A DNA stretch of 63,968 nt, filler included, from Craspedostauros australis (Eukaryota): NCBI GenBank assembly GCA_030167865.1. It is 14 parts of 14 records of this genome, joined end to end, with 100 filler letters (N's around TTAATTAATTAA, not from the genome) between each part and the next. Parts side by side here need not be neighbours in the genome. Positions count along the whole stretch, not along the records: positions 12,239 to 21,831 come from JALAGF010001935.1; positions 21,932 to 24,397 come from JALAGF010001938.1; 12 more parts are not named here. One strand, 5' to 3'. Both the position numbers and the translations under genes were made by a program. This document shows, piece after piece, positions 12,730 to 22,665 of this stretch. The notes beneath the pieces are model-generated. The model was given only the letters and a program-made list of their open reading frames with translations. It searched no databases and was not told where the DNA came from. Each line of letters opens with the position of its first letter. Position 1 is the first letter of the stretch.

Positions 12730-13470
12730 GATTTGAAGCGCCTGCCGACTTTCTTGCACATGATCTGGTGTCCGCCCCTCTTTCTTCAGTTTGGCCTTGT
12801 TGAGATGAGGGATCTTGAACTTGTTGCTACCCTCAGTCTCTATGATCTTGTTCATCAGAGTTTCCAGCGTGATGAACATATGCAAGAGTTTTGACGAATC
12901 GTATTCACGAAACATAGTTTCCATGTGCGCAACGAGTTCATCAATTGTCATACATCTCATTCGTAGTTGCGTGGATTGCAGGCTGCAGAAGCACCCAGGA
13001 TCAAGAATGTTCAAGTCAGGGCTCCTTGCAGGTTGTGTCACAAGTTCGATCAACCTGTCCCCCACTTGCATTTGTATGTTGCAACAAAGAACTGCCAATG
13101 ACCATTCCAAATTGAAGCGAAGTCCTTCCCAGGTAGATTAGCTGGGGCATGTCTTGTTGGATGTGTACTGTTTTTTCCCTTTTGAGAACTTCTCCATGAT
13201 AGCAGGGACTACTCTATCCATCAAGAGATCCGTGTAGGTTCCTCTTGCGACAAATCGAGAATTCCAGATCAGAGTCCCTTTGACTCGATTCTTTGAAGTG
13301 CGATGGGCAGGAAGCTCATCACCAGTTGGCCAGCATCCAATCTTGCCATCGAGCCACTCGCTAGAGACAGGATCAATGCGTGGCTTCGCCACTGCTGCGA
13401 GAAACATCATCGTTTGGATTGTGGTCGTGGCTGTGTTGCCGTATCAGGGTGGAGGGTCTTCGCCTGCGAC
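12730..13470 (-). pseudogene. Decayed Tc1/mariner transposase (plant/oomycete DD39D-like), C-terminal half
   Basis: MFLAAVAKPR...DGKIGCWP...RTSKNRVKGT (ORF 13138-13410) and QPARSPDLNILD...FCSLQS...GSNKFKIPHLNK (ORF 12562-13110), broken by stops and frameshifts. Confidence 0.85.
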
Positions 13471-13477
13471 GCACCAT

Positions 13478-14554
13478 TGTCAGGAATCGAGGGTACGCTT
13501 TTACCAAGATACCCATGATTGCCGCACCTCCCAATAATATCATTCAGACTAATCCGAATCAATTCTATAGATTGCACTTGGACACTCTTGTAGCTTGTCC
13601 CACCTCATACAATCACCTGTGTGTTGTATCACATCCAGTCATGTCCCATGACAGAGTCTGTCCATGGTCCACCATTACAATGAACACAAACCTGGGACTT
13701 GACCACTAGGGATGCATCCGTACATGAGCTGAGAACCATGGATGATGCGATCAATTAATCCCCATGCAGTCGATGCAGTTCGACGGACAGAGACACTCTG
13801 GAGTCACCTGAAAGGGAGCAACGGTGAGAAGGAGAAATGGAGGTTATCCCTTCATCACCCAAGAGCACGAATGAGATTGATCTCACAGTTCTAAAACAGT
13901 ACAATCTAATACCAGATTAGATTACTACTATAACCCCGGATTTCCAACAGCAGCAGTTGATGCGTGTGCTGTCGAGCTTTCCCCACAGTCACATCAAATT
14001 CTACAGTGGCGGGATCCAACAGTTTCCCTTTGAGATCCATTGATGCCAACCTTTCCTTCTCAGTCAACTCAACATTATAAGTGCCACCACTGTTGGTGTT
14101 GGAGTTGCTGGCAGCATCCTCCACTGGGACAGCCATAGTGGGGATCAATGAAGCCGCAGTTTCTCCCCAGCAACATCACCCTCGCCACTGTTGTAAACAT
14201 CCAAGTCAATGCTGTTGGCATTGACATCACTCAAATCAGAAATGGATTCTGAATCACTTCTACTGTCCAGGTCATCTGGTTGATTGTAGACTCGGTCTTC
14301 AATGGAGATTGTACCTCCCATCTAGTTGCTGCTGTCACCAGTTGTTTCGACAAGATGCTGAATTGTTCCAGGGCTGCTCATGCTTAGATGGAGTTGGTAT
14401 GCTGTGCTGATTTGAGGTGGAGGAGTTGATGGTGCAACCTCTGATGCTCGGAGGTGACCAAAGATCTTGGAATGACGGCGCACAATAGATGTCAGGAATC
14501 GAGGGTACGACTCTGTCAAGATACCCATGATTTCCGCACCTCCCAATAATATCA
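13478..14554. repeat. Pair of 65-bp direct repeats (13478-13542 and 14490-14554)
   Basis: TGTCAGGAATCGAGGGTACG...CCGCACCTCCCAATAATATCA; 59 of 65 positions identical by manual alignment. Confidence 0.85.
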
Positions 14555-15475
14555 ATCACAACTGAATAAAATCAACTTCTGTTGATCACACCAGTGACCC
14601 ATCACAAACGTGCCCGCTCCCAGTCGTACCAAGAAAGATACCGTGTCCTCCTTTTGGTATGAGAACCATGAACATGTGACACAGCATGTCCCGATACAAA
14701 CCAACAAAACAACAACCTTGTCGGTGATGTCAGACCAGAAAGGGTGCAGGGGCAGTGGGTAGGAGTTGTATCCCACCTGAAGAAACGGAAACCAACATAT
14801 AGTGGACACAACCCATGCTCTTGATGGACAAAGGTCAATGGTATGATTGAACAAACAGAAAGTTCAGAAAAGCAATCAAGATCGATCAATCATCAATGTT
14901 AGAACGAAATCGAAGATGGGTCGTAGGGTACCGCACCGAAAACGCAGAGTGATCAGATCGTTGTTGTTGGTGAGGATATTGTTGATTATTGAGTTATTCG
15001 TATGGTAGGATGTTGACAAGCTCCAAAGATTGAGATCTTGGAACTGTGAGCATGAGAGAGGCATGGCAGGTCTCATGCAATTGCAAGTGAAATTAACACG
15101 GAGACAACACGACAAATGTGCGTGTTACTGCGTGAAGTAGAGTTGGCAAAAGTCAATGAACAAAACACCACAATACCCCGTGTTGTGAATTATGTCTTCT
15201 CACGATGTTGTTTGTTGTACGATCACACGATTGATCATATTCACTTGAGAAGGTCATGGCAAGATTCGCATGTGTCGCACCCAAGACCGAAGTCTGTCCT
15301 GATTGGACAGAGAGGTTCATCTTGGCAAGAAATCCATTTCCGCGACATTTTGGATCTGTGATTGACGGGAAAACGGTTCTTGCGACGCGAAATGTGACAC
15401 AAATTTGACACAACGGAATTTTGACCAAATTTCCGTTCGGAACGGAAAAGGTAAGAGAAGTGGAGATTTCTGATT

Positions 15476-15682
15476 TATCAGCACAAAATCGAATAGTGCT
15501 AAAGTACGTTACTCCCGTAGCCCCCACTATCTATAAATTTCACTTGTGTTCGGTTCAGCAATCGCATCGCCTGTAGCTCAACGGTAGAGCACCAGTAATT
15601 CTNNNNNNNNNNNNNNNNNNNNNNNNNNNNNNNNNNNNNNNNNNNNNNNNNNNNNNNGTGATTTTTCGATAGTGCTCTAATA
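15476..15682 (+). repeat. 5' LTR of the TRIM (N gap at 15603-15657)
   Basis: Runs TATCAGCAC...GTGCTCTAATA and has the same length as the 3' copy. Confidence 0.9.
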
Positions 15683-15696
15683 GATTAACAGTCGCA
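15683..15696 (+). promoter_or_regulatory. Primer-binding site GATTAACAGTCGCA, complementary to the tRNA-Asn(GUU) anticodon arm
   Basis: The reverse complement TGCGA-CTGTTAA-TC fits tRNA positions 27-40 with a GTT anticodon. The same 14-mer follows a Copia LTR at 59538. Confidence 0.8.
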
Positions 15697-15932
15697 GCTA
15701 GTTCTACATCGCTGAGTTAGGACAACCTTGCACAACACGCCTTCGTGGGCGCGTTGCGATCACCGCATTTCGACCCAGTCTCACACTTGTCTGCTACGGC
15801 AGCACTCCCACTTCGTCTGGCAGTATTAGCCACCCAACAATGAGGGTGCCCCGAGATGGGGAGACGCGGGAGATGACAACTTTCCGTCATAGTGCTCTTG
15901 AGCAGGTGGTCCACGGTCGTAGCGTAGGGGAG

Positions 15933-16139
15933 TATCAGCACAAAATCGAATAGTGCTAAAGTACGTTACTCCCGTAGCCCCCACTATCTATAAATTTCAC
16001 TTGTGTTCGGTTCAGCAATCGCATCGCCTGTAGCTCAACGGTAGAGCACCAGTAATTCTAACTGAGGTTCCGGGTTCGAATCCCGGCATGGTACTTTGCT
16101 TTTGCTCTCCCCTTGTGATTTTTCGATAGTGCTCTAATA
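15933..16139 (+). repeat. 3' LTR of the TRIM
   Basis: Fully sequenced copy, preceded by the PPT and followed by the TSD. Confidence 0.9.
16024..16094 (+). ncRNA. tRNA-like Pol III cassette inside the LTR, not a canonical tRNA (second, partly masked copy at 15567-15637)
   Basis: A box TAGCTCAACGG (16031-16041), D stem GCTC/GAGC, B box GGTTCGAATCC (16073-16083), perfect T stem CCGGG/CCCGG, TATAAA at 15989-15994, T-runs downstream. The acceptor stem pairs only 4 of 7 and the anticodon loop AATTCTA lacks U33. Confidence 0.8.
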
Positions 16140-16283
16140 TGATTGGTCGACGGGTGTCGCTATTGTTAGAGATTCAGCGTTGCGCTAATACAATTCGTGT
16201 GGTGCCAAGGCTCGGAGACGTTCAATTATTAGACTGATAAATTCCATGCAACACGTGTGTTTAATTTAAATGAAATGTACAGT

Positions 16284-17361
16284 CTAATCGTGACCCATTC
16301 GCTGTCGGGCTGTGGACAGCGCCTTGTCGACGTCGAACGTTGGATAGCCGTTACCGAGTTCGATTTGGGTGATGACCATCACCGCATGGAAGGCTGTGTG
16401 GTGTTTGTCCACGTGGTGTCGCCACTTCTGTCCCAAACAGCTCCACTGCTTCAATCTACCGTTAATCGTTTCGTGGCGAGCACGAAGAATGCCATCAGCT
16501 TTGAACGTGGGTGGGAACACTTTGTCATCTCCTCTGTAGCCGTTGTCAGCAATCACAACCTCGTTTGCCCGTATTGCTTGTTTAAGCTCAGAGCGGAAGA
16601 TAGCCAGGTCATTCATGTATCCACACGGAAAGGGGCCATTCACCCAAACAATGTCTCCTCTACTGATGGAAACAGCCACTTCATACCTCACACCAGCAGC
16701 TTTGAACTTGTGCGAGTACCACACCTTGTTAAACGGTTTGGGGTCGTTAGTGCGAAAGTCGGTGCCGTCGACAGTCAAGAAAGCACTCCCATTTCTGTCT
16801 GCGTCAATAAAGCGGTTGTCTAGGTCAATCTGTAGGCAAACAAGATGGATACGAGCAGTCACGAACGGAAATTGTGAGTGAGTCGTGTTAGGCGGAAAAA
16901 AAGAGTTCGCATCGGTCGGGGTTCTCATGTGCTGCACTTACGATGTCATGACGCAACTCCTCAACGGCCCGAGCCACGACCCACGCCCACTGGCGGAAAG
17001 TTTTCGCAGTGGTGTTCATCATCCGCGCCACCACTGTCTCCGCCAAATACATTCGGAGGAACGAGCACATCCAAAGGAGGTGCTTCGGCTTCGCATTGCA
17101 GGGGAGAAGATCTGTGCCAATCAGGTCTTCCCAGAGGAGGTGAGTGATGGATGGATCAGTGCCAAACATCCCACGAAAATCCCACAACTGTGCATTGTTG
17201 AGAGTGTCCATGTCACGGTGATCCACATCATCTCCCATCAGCAAAAATCCTTCCGCCGCAAACTCACAAGCGCTGGTACTCTCCGCTGCCAAATCCGTGT
17301 TTGCGAGTCGTGCCTGAGTAGTGATTCGACTATGTGGAATACAAGTTCGCGTGGATTTCAA
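16284..17361 (-). mobile_element. PIF/Harbinger-ISL2EU (PHIS)-like DDE transposase; exons about 17361..16942 and 16829..16284
   Basis: Catalytic motifs TVDGTDF, IADNGYRG and RARHETINGRLK, plus WYSHKF and VWVNGPFPCG. N-terminal KPKHLLW..SFLR.Y. The GTAAGT...CAG intron at 16941-16830 gives RHDI/IDLDNRF in frame. Start uncertain; first in-frame ATG at 17238. Confidence 0.85.
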
Positions 17362-18187
17362 CGAAGACTACGTTTTGAGTGGCAATAGTAACAATGTCAA
17401 GTTTGCTGATCATGGAGGAAGTGGCTTGTTGTTGCTATCATAATTACCTGATGATGACCATGTAGTCTATGAATTAGCTGCACCAGTTTGTGCCAACTCA
17501 AACCATGTGTGTATGGCATTCAGTGTGGAAGTCGTGCTTCATCCTCCCACAACTTCATTTGCAACGGGCAATGTGTGATCCCTCCTTCGGTGTATCTGTG
17601 TGTCCTACATGGCCTACAGGAAGGAGACATGCTGTGATGAATTGGACTGTCTGTTTCGCTGGTTACTGCGAATTGTGACATCAACGCGGGAGTAGAGCGC
17701 AGAGCAGTCAGGCATGCATCCATCGCAGACGACAGAATACAATTGTGGTGACTCGTGTATGCGTGTAATGCAAGACTTGTATGGATTGGTAGACTGCCCT
17801 ACTACGCCTCAATCCCGTGTCGACTTGAACACGTGCCGAACATGTGTGCCCTCCTGTTGTGATGACTCCACCATTGGAACCGCTACGCACTACGCACTCT
17901 CCACGTACGAGAAGGCGGCGGCCATACAGGGAGGCGTGGTAATCCACTAGTTTAGCACGAATCACTTATTTTTTACTGACTGTATTATACGGTTACCGCA
18001 GCTCCCAACGAGCGAATTCTGAAACAACTTGGGCATCCACAGCAGCATCACCTCCACACATCCTGCTTCTGCCAACCCAATTGGGTATCAACAAAGACCA
18101 CAGCTACACATTGATTACATGCAGATAATACTACACTGTTTTGTTCTGCATTCTGTTTCACATCGACCTGGCTGAATTTTGCATCTC

Positions 18188-20366
18188 CTACTCTTCTTCT
18201 TCATCATAATCATCTCCATCTCCATCATGCTCATTTCCATCTCCATCATACTCATTTCCATCTCCATCATTCAAACCACCAATTCCAGTGATAGGTGGGA
18301 GATGGTGAAGAAAATGAGAGAGGGATCTCTGTGCATCCTCTTCATCCTTGCTGGTTGCAGCAGAGAATGCATCCATCATTGTGCCAGGCATGTAGGCAGT
18401 GAAGCCTGCTGCTGGCACCACTCCTGTTGCTGCTGGTGCTGCTCCTCCCCCTTCTGTTGCCTTTCCTCCTATCACTTTGTTGAAAGCCTTCGATGCAGCC
18501 AATGTTGCTTGCTGCTCTCTTGCAGTCTTGTTTGCTGCAACTGCTGCAGCCATTGCTGTTGCCACAGCCAAGAGCTCCAAAGGTGGTGATGGTGGTGGTG
18601 GCAGTGGCATGAGGATGGCATCATGGTGAGCTGCCATGGCGGTGCCCTTGGCCATTGCTACGGCCGTGTGGGGAGGCCATGTTGGTGGTGGTGGTGGTGG
18701 TGTTTTTTGTTGTTGCAACGACCAGATTTTGTTGCTGCTTTTGTGGCTCTCACCAGCAGCACCTTGGCATCTGCTGCTGGTGGTGCTGACACTGCGCTTC
18801 GAGGTGTTGCTCCTTGAAGATTTCACGCTGCGGGACGAGCTGCGCACAGAAGTTGGCCGACGATGGACAAACTTGTTGCTTTTGTGGACAGTCGTCATCT
18901 GGCCGCAGTTAGTGAGATAGAATGGAGGCTTCTGTGTCACACCATGTAGAACAATAAAGAAAGTAGAAGAATGTGACATGTAAGTCTTGGCAAGAAGGCA
19001 AAGGAAAGCAAGCAATAAATAGCCATGTCACAGTACTTACCATGGGTTTGTCAGTAGCTAGTCCGCTATAAAAACGCGCGTTCGTCGATGTCGCAATGCT
19101 GGAGGCGTATGTCCTTGTGTCGCGCGGTGGCTGGCGGGCGTTACGAAGATGGCTGAATCTGTTGGGAGCATGAATGTCAACAGGTCCATCGATGTTCCGA
19201 ATCGGGAATGAATGCCCGTACTTCTTCACGTGAGTGGCACGAGGGAAAAGTGGTTGGGCCGGATGAAGTGCCACCATGCGAACGATGAGAACATTGGCGT
19301 TAGCGGCATCGCGTTTGCCGTTAGCAGGAATTTCAATTTCAACAAAAGAGAACCCAGAGAATACGCCGTCACTGCTTTTCTCCAACTGCCAGTTAACCGC
19401 AAACGGCAATTCAACGGTTTGCGACCGGAGAGGCCTCCCATTGGGTGAGCGCTTGAGGCTTGCAATTGCAGAACCATATGCCTCACGGCGGGCTTGCTCG
19501 TCCGCGAAAGGCACAGCGGGACTGCCGTTCGTGGGGCCATTGGGGCGTAGGACATTGTGCATAGCCTGCGCATCTGTAAGTGCAGCCAGCTGTTCCATTT
19601 CGAGGAGTAGAGACATGCCTCCTGGTACCACTGACACATGGAAATCCTCCATGCAACTGCCCCCTGGCACTTGAAATTTCAGGTCAATGATGCGCGCACC
19701 ATTGTCGCTCACATAGCATGTGCGCAAGACAGGCAGGTTCAAGTTACTATTCTCCTGCAACCATGCGTTCAGATCCATCTCATTCTTGGTGTAGTTGGCT
19801 GGTTGATGTGGTGAGGAAGCAAACATGGTTGGTGCTGGTGCTGGTGTTGGTGTTGGTGTGGCTGTGGTGTGGGAGTGTGTGTGGGTGAATGGTGTTGGAG
19901 CAATTGGTACTGGTGTAGGCGCAATTGGTACTGGTGTAGGCACTATTGTAGTCGTGGTTGGTGTTGGTGCGGGATTGGGGTGTGGGTCTGGGTGTGTGTC
20001 TGGGAGCTCGATGTCCATGCGAACCGTCCGGGCAGCGTCACGAATATCCGCGGCGTTCTTGGCGAGCTCTGTCGCGGTTGGGGACGCTCGGATGTCTCGG
20101 CGACCTGGGAAAGTGTGAGTGCATTGCAGGTGGGAAATGTCATGACATCAGCAGCTCTCCATGCGAACAGTGTAGTTACGTTCTTCTTCCAGAACCTTGC
20201 GGAGCTTACGGAGGTTATTTTTGAACTCCGGCTCGATGAAGCACCTGGCTTCTTTGTTGTTGTTCCACACCTGGCGCCAGGTTTGGTCAGAGGAGACTTC
20301 GCCACTCCTGATCTTGTCTTTTAGGAGTTGGACTTGTTTGCTACTTTGGGCCCAGCGTCTTGGCAT
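18188..20366 (-). CDS. Three-exon hypothetical protein, probable transposon accessory gene; join(20366..20180,20104..19041,18898..18188), 653 aa
   Basis: GT-AG introns at 20179-20105 and 19040-18899 (CTAAC branch point) join three ORFs in frame (1962 nt). Trp-containing helical N-terminus, PT linker, beta-rich central domain (IDLKFQVPGG...VELPFAV), acidic tail. Confidence 0.65.
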
Positions 20367-20764
20367 GGTGTGAGCCTTAGTGTTGACTGTAGTTTATGAG
20401 ATGTAAATGCAGGGCTGTGTAGTTTGGCAACTTGTTGCAGTAGCCTCCATGCTGTCCATGCTGTTGTGCATAGCTAGCAACAAGTGCAGAAGTTGCATTC
20501 AGCAGGGATAACACTGAGAACAAGAAATTCCGTTTCGTCTAGACAAATCTACTAGACAAAATAGACGGCAACGGAGACTTAACTCGTCAAAGTTCAAAAT
20601 CCACATACTGTTGGCTACGCATGACATGCTCGACCAGTTTGGCAATGCGGAAGCAGCCGGTTTGGTCGTTCCGTCCAATGACAAACTAACATGAATTTCC
20701 AAACTAGCACGACCGACAATTTTGGAGATGGAATCATGCCGGAGGGATTTCCACCCGATCCAAT

Positions 20765-21305
20765 AGAGAGGTTTTGCATTCCACTCAGAGGCCCCCAGGC
20801 GCCATGTCACATACGACATGGTGCCAACAAGAGTTCTCAAGAATTGCTGGTTCGTGGAAGGACTGCCTTTAGTCCATCTAGTCATTCATGAAATTCCGCT
20901 TTGATTAGAATCTAGATATTTTAGACCTGGAAGTCTTTGGCGGACGATCAGTGGAGATCAATGGAGATTTTGACAATATAATATTACAATTTTGAAGGCT
21001 ATACTCTAATTGGAGTACATTATGGATATGTCTATTGAGTCTGTTGTGAGCAACGATAATCTTAGTACTAGCATGGTTTCGAAGCAATAACTCAACTAGA
21101 AATGAAAATATTGTAGACATCAATAGAAGTTTCCTGATTGGATAAACATACATCTCCGCGTGGAAGTGACACTTTTGCCGGGACTCTCTGAGTGGAAATG
21201 ATTTCCACTGAGCGAGGGGGTGATTTCTCGCCGCCCCCGGAAAAATGTCTCTATCAGGTTATGACTCCCTCGCGGGAATGGCTGAGTGGAATGCAAAACC
21301 TCTCT
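20765..21305. mobile_element. MITE-like element, 541 bp
   Basis: Perfect 24-bp TIR AGAGAGGTTTTGCATTCCACTCAG (20765-20788 and 21282-21305), AAT on both flanks, AT-rich interior. Confidence 0.85.
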
Positions 21306-21647
21306 AATCCACTCGCCATGACAATCCCAGAGGGGGGATTTACAGGGAGGTGCGGTAATCCACCGGTATTGGAAGAAGCCGATTTGTATTTACTGCGTTT
21401 AATATAGAATTCGCGTGGCTCCCAACGGGCGAAATCTGGAACAGTTTTGGCTCCAACTTCCAAGCAACCTCCACACACACACCAGTTGCCCCCCTTGCCA
21501 TCAACAAAGCAATGCAATGCATTCATGACATGTAACTGTAGCTACATTACAGAGAGAGAGAGAGAGAGAGTTGAGGGTACTGAATCACTGCTAATTTTTA
21601 GGGTTGTGTACTTCACTTTTTCATTTCACATTCACTTGGTCACATCG

Positions 21648-21831
21648 TCAATGGGTTGTTGCATGAGAATGATCCTCCTCACCACCAATCCCAGTGTGGC
21701 CTGGGAATTGGTGGAGGAAGTAGCTCAGGGAGAGCTGCCCATGCTCTTCTGCCTGTGCTGCCACCTCTGCCTGTGCTGCCACCTCTGCCTGTGCTGCCAC
21801 CTCTGCCTGTGCTGCCACCTCTGCCTGTGCT
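21648..21831 (-). CDS. C-terminal fragment of a paralogue of the 18188-20366 gene, with an 18-bp repeat encoding AQAEVA
   Basis: Reads ...AEEHGQLSLSYFLHQFPGHTGIGGEEDHSHATTH*, versus DEEDAQRSLSHFLHHLPPITGIGG in the other gene. Cut by the contig end. Confidence 0.65.
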
Positions 21832-21952
21832 NNNNNNNNNNNNNNNNNNNNNNNNNNNNNNNNNNNNNNNNNNNNTTAATTAATTAANNNNNNNNNNNNN
21901 NNNNNNNNNNNNNNNNNNNNNNNNNNNNNNNAGTGAATGTTTCGTGTCTTTT

Positions 21953-22613
21953 TGGGGACACGTTCCCTGAGATGGCCTGTTCTCAACCGGCTTGAGGCCG
22001 CTTGTTGTTGAGAACCAGGCAGGGCAAAGTGAACTTGATAGATGTAAACTGTAGAGTAATTGCAATAGGTTGTCAATTACAATCGATTTGAAAATATGGT
22101 GAAAGGTCCTCCAGCTTGAGGAGTGTTAGAAAAGTCAAGCATGCAGCGCCATGGGATAAGCCGTCCTTTGGTGGGATCAAACATGACAGCAACTGCTCCT
22201 GTGAAGCAGCTGATGCATATCCTCTCTCTTTGGAGATCTGACCTGAATCTTCCGATCCTGGATGAGGAAGAGCCAATTCGGTCTTCTTAAGAGCTACAAT
22301 CTGATTGGTTGCAGCAACAGATGACAGAAGGAAGCAATGCACTTGCAGATAGAGTGTTGCTTGCGTCAGAGCAGATGGTGACAAGCGGAATGCAAGATCA
22401 GATCGTCATGAGAGCATGGCAAGTGTCTGATTTTGCGCCCCGTCTTGCTTGGTTATCCACTGTGTCCTTGTTGCACATTTTGTGCATGTTAGTGGGTCCT
22501 GGTATTGAATGAGCGGATTAATTTCGCTCACACAAGGATTCACTTTCTTGGACTCGCAGCTCTAACGCGGTGATGGAGCTAGTGTGTCCCAACTCTCCCT
22601 CTCGGCGTTGTCC
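21953..22613 (-). repeat. PPT (22613-22603) and putative 3' LTR (about 22602-21953) of a Copia element
   Basis: Minus-strand GAGAGGGAGAG about 50 nt after the pol stop, then TTGGGACAC...GTGTCCCCA as imperfect inverted termini. Confidence 0.55.
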
Positions 22614-22665
22614 ATGGTGAGGCATAATATAGAAAAACTGCAACTCCCCAATGGCTGGCATATTC

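Larger units (their letters stand above)
15476..16139 (+). mobile_element. Complete non-autonomous miniature LTR retrotransposon (TRIM), 664 bp, with tRNA-derived LTRs
   Basis: 207-bp direct repeats at 15476-15682 and 15933-16139, identical wherever both are called. TSD TGATT at 15471-15475 and 16140-16144. PBS directly after the 5' LTR, PPT AGGGGAG (15926-15932) directly before the 3' LTR, 250-bp interior with no recognisable coding motif. Confidence 0.9.

Noticed and set aside
12562..15115. Fanzor/TnpB nuclease associated with the mariner remnant
   Set aside because: I saw no RuvC or zinc-finger motifs in the neighbouring ORFs.
15309..15330. AGAGAGGTT as the left TIR of the PHIS-like transposon
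   Set aside because: Only 9 bp match the MITE terminus, and I found no partner end with a matching TSD.
16024..16094. Functional tRNA-Glu(TTC) or amber suppressor (CTA in the loop)
   Set aside because: The acceptor stem pairs only 4 of 7, positions 32-33 are AA, CTA is off-centre, and the sequence lies within an LTR.
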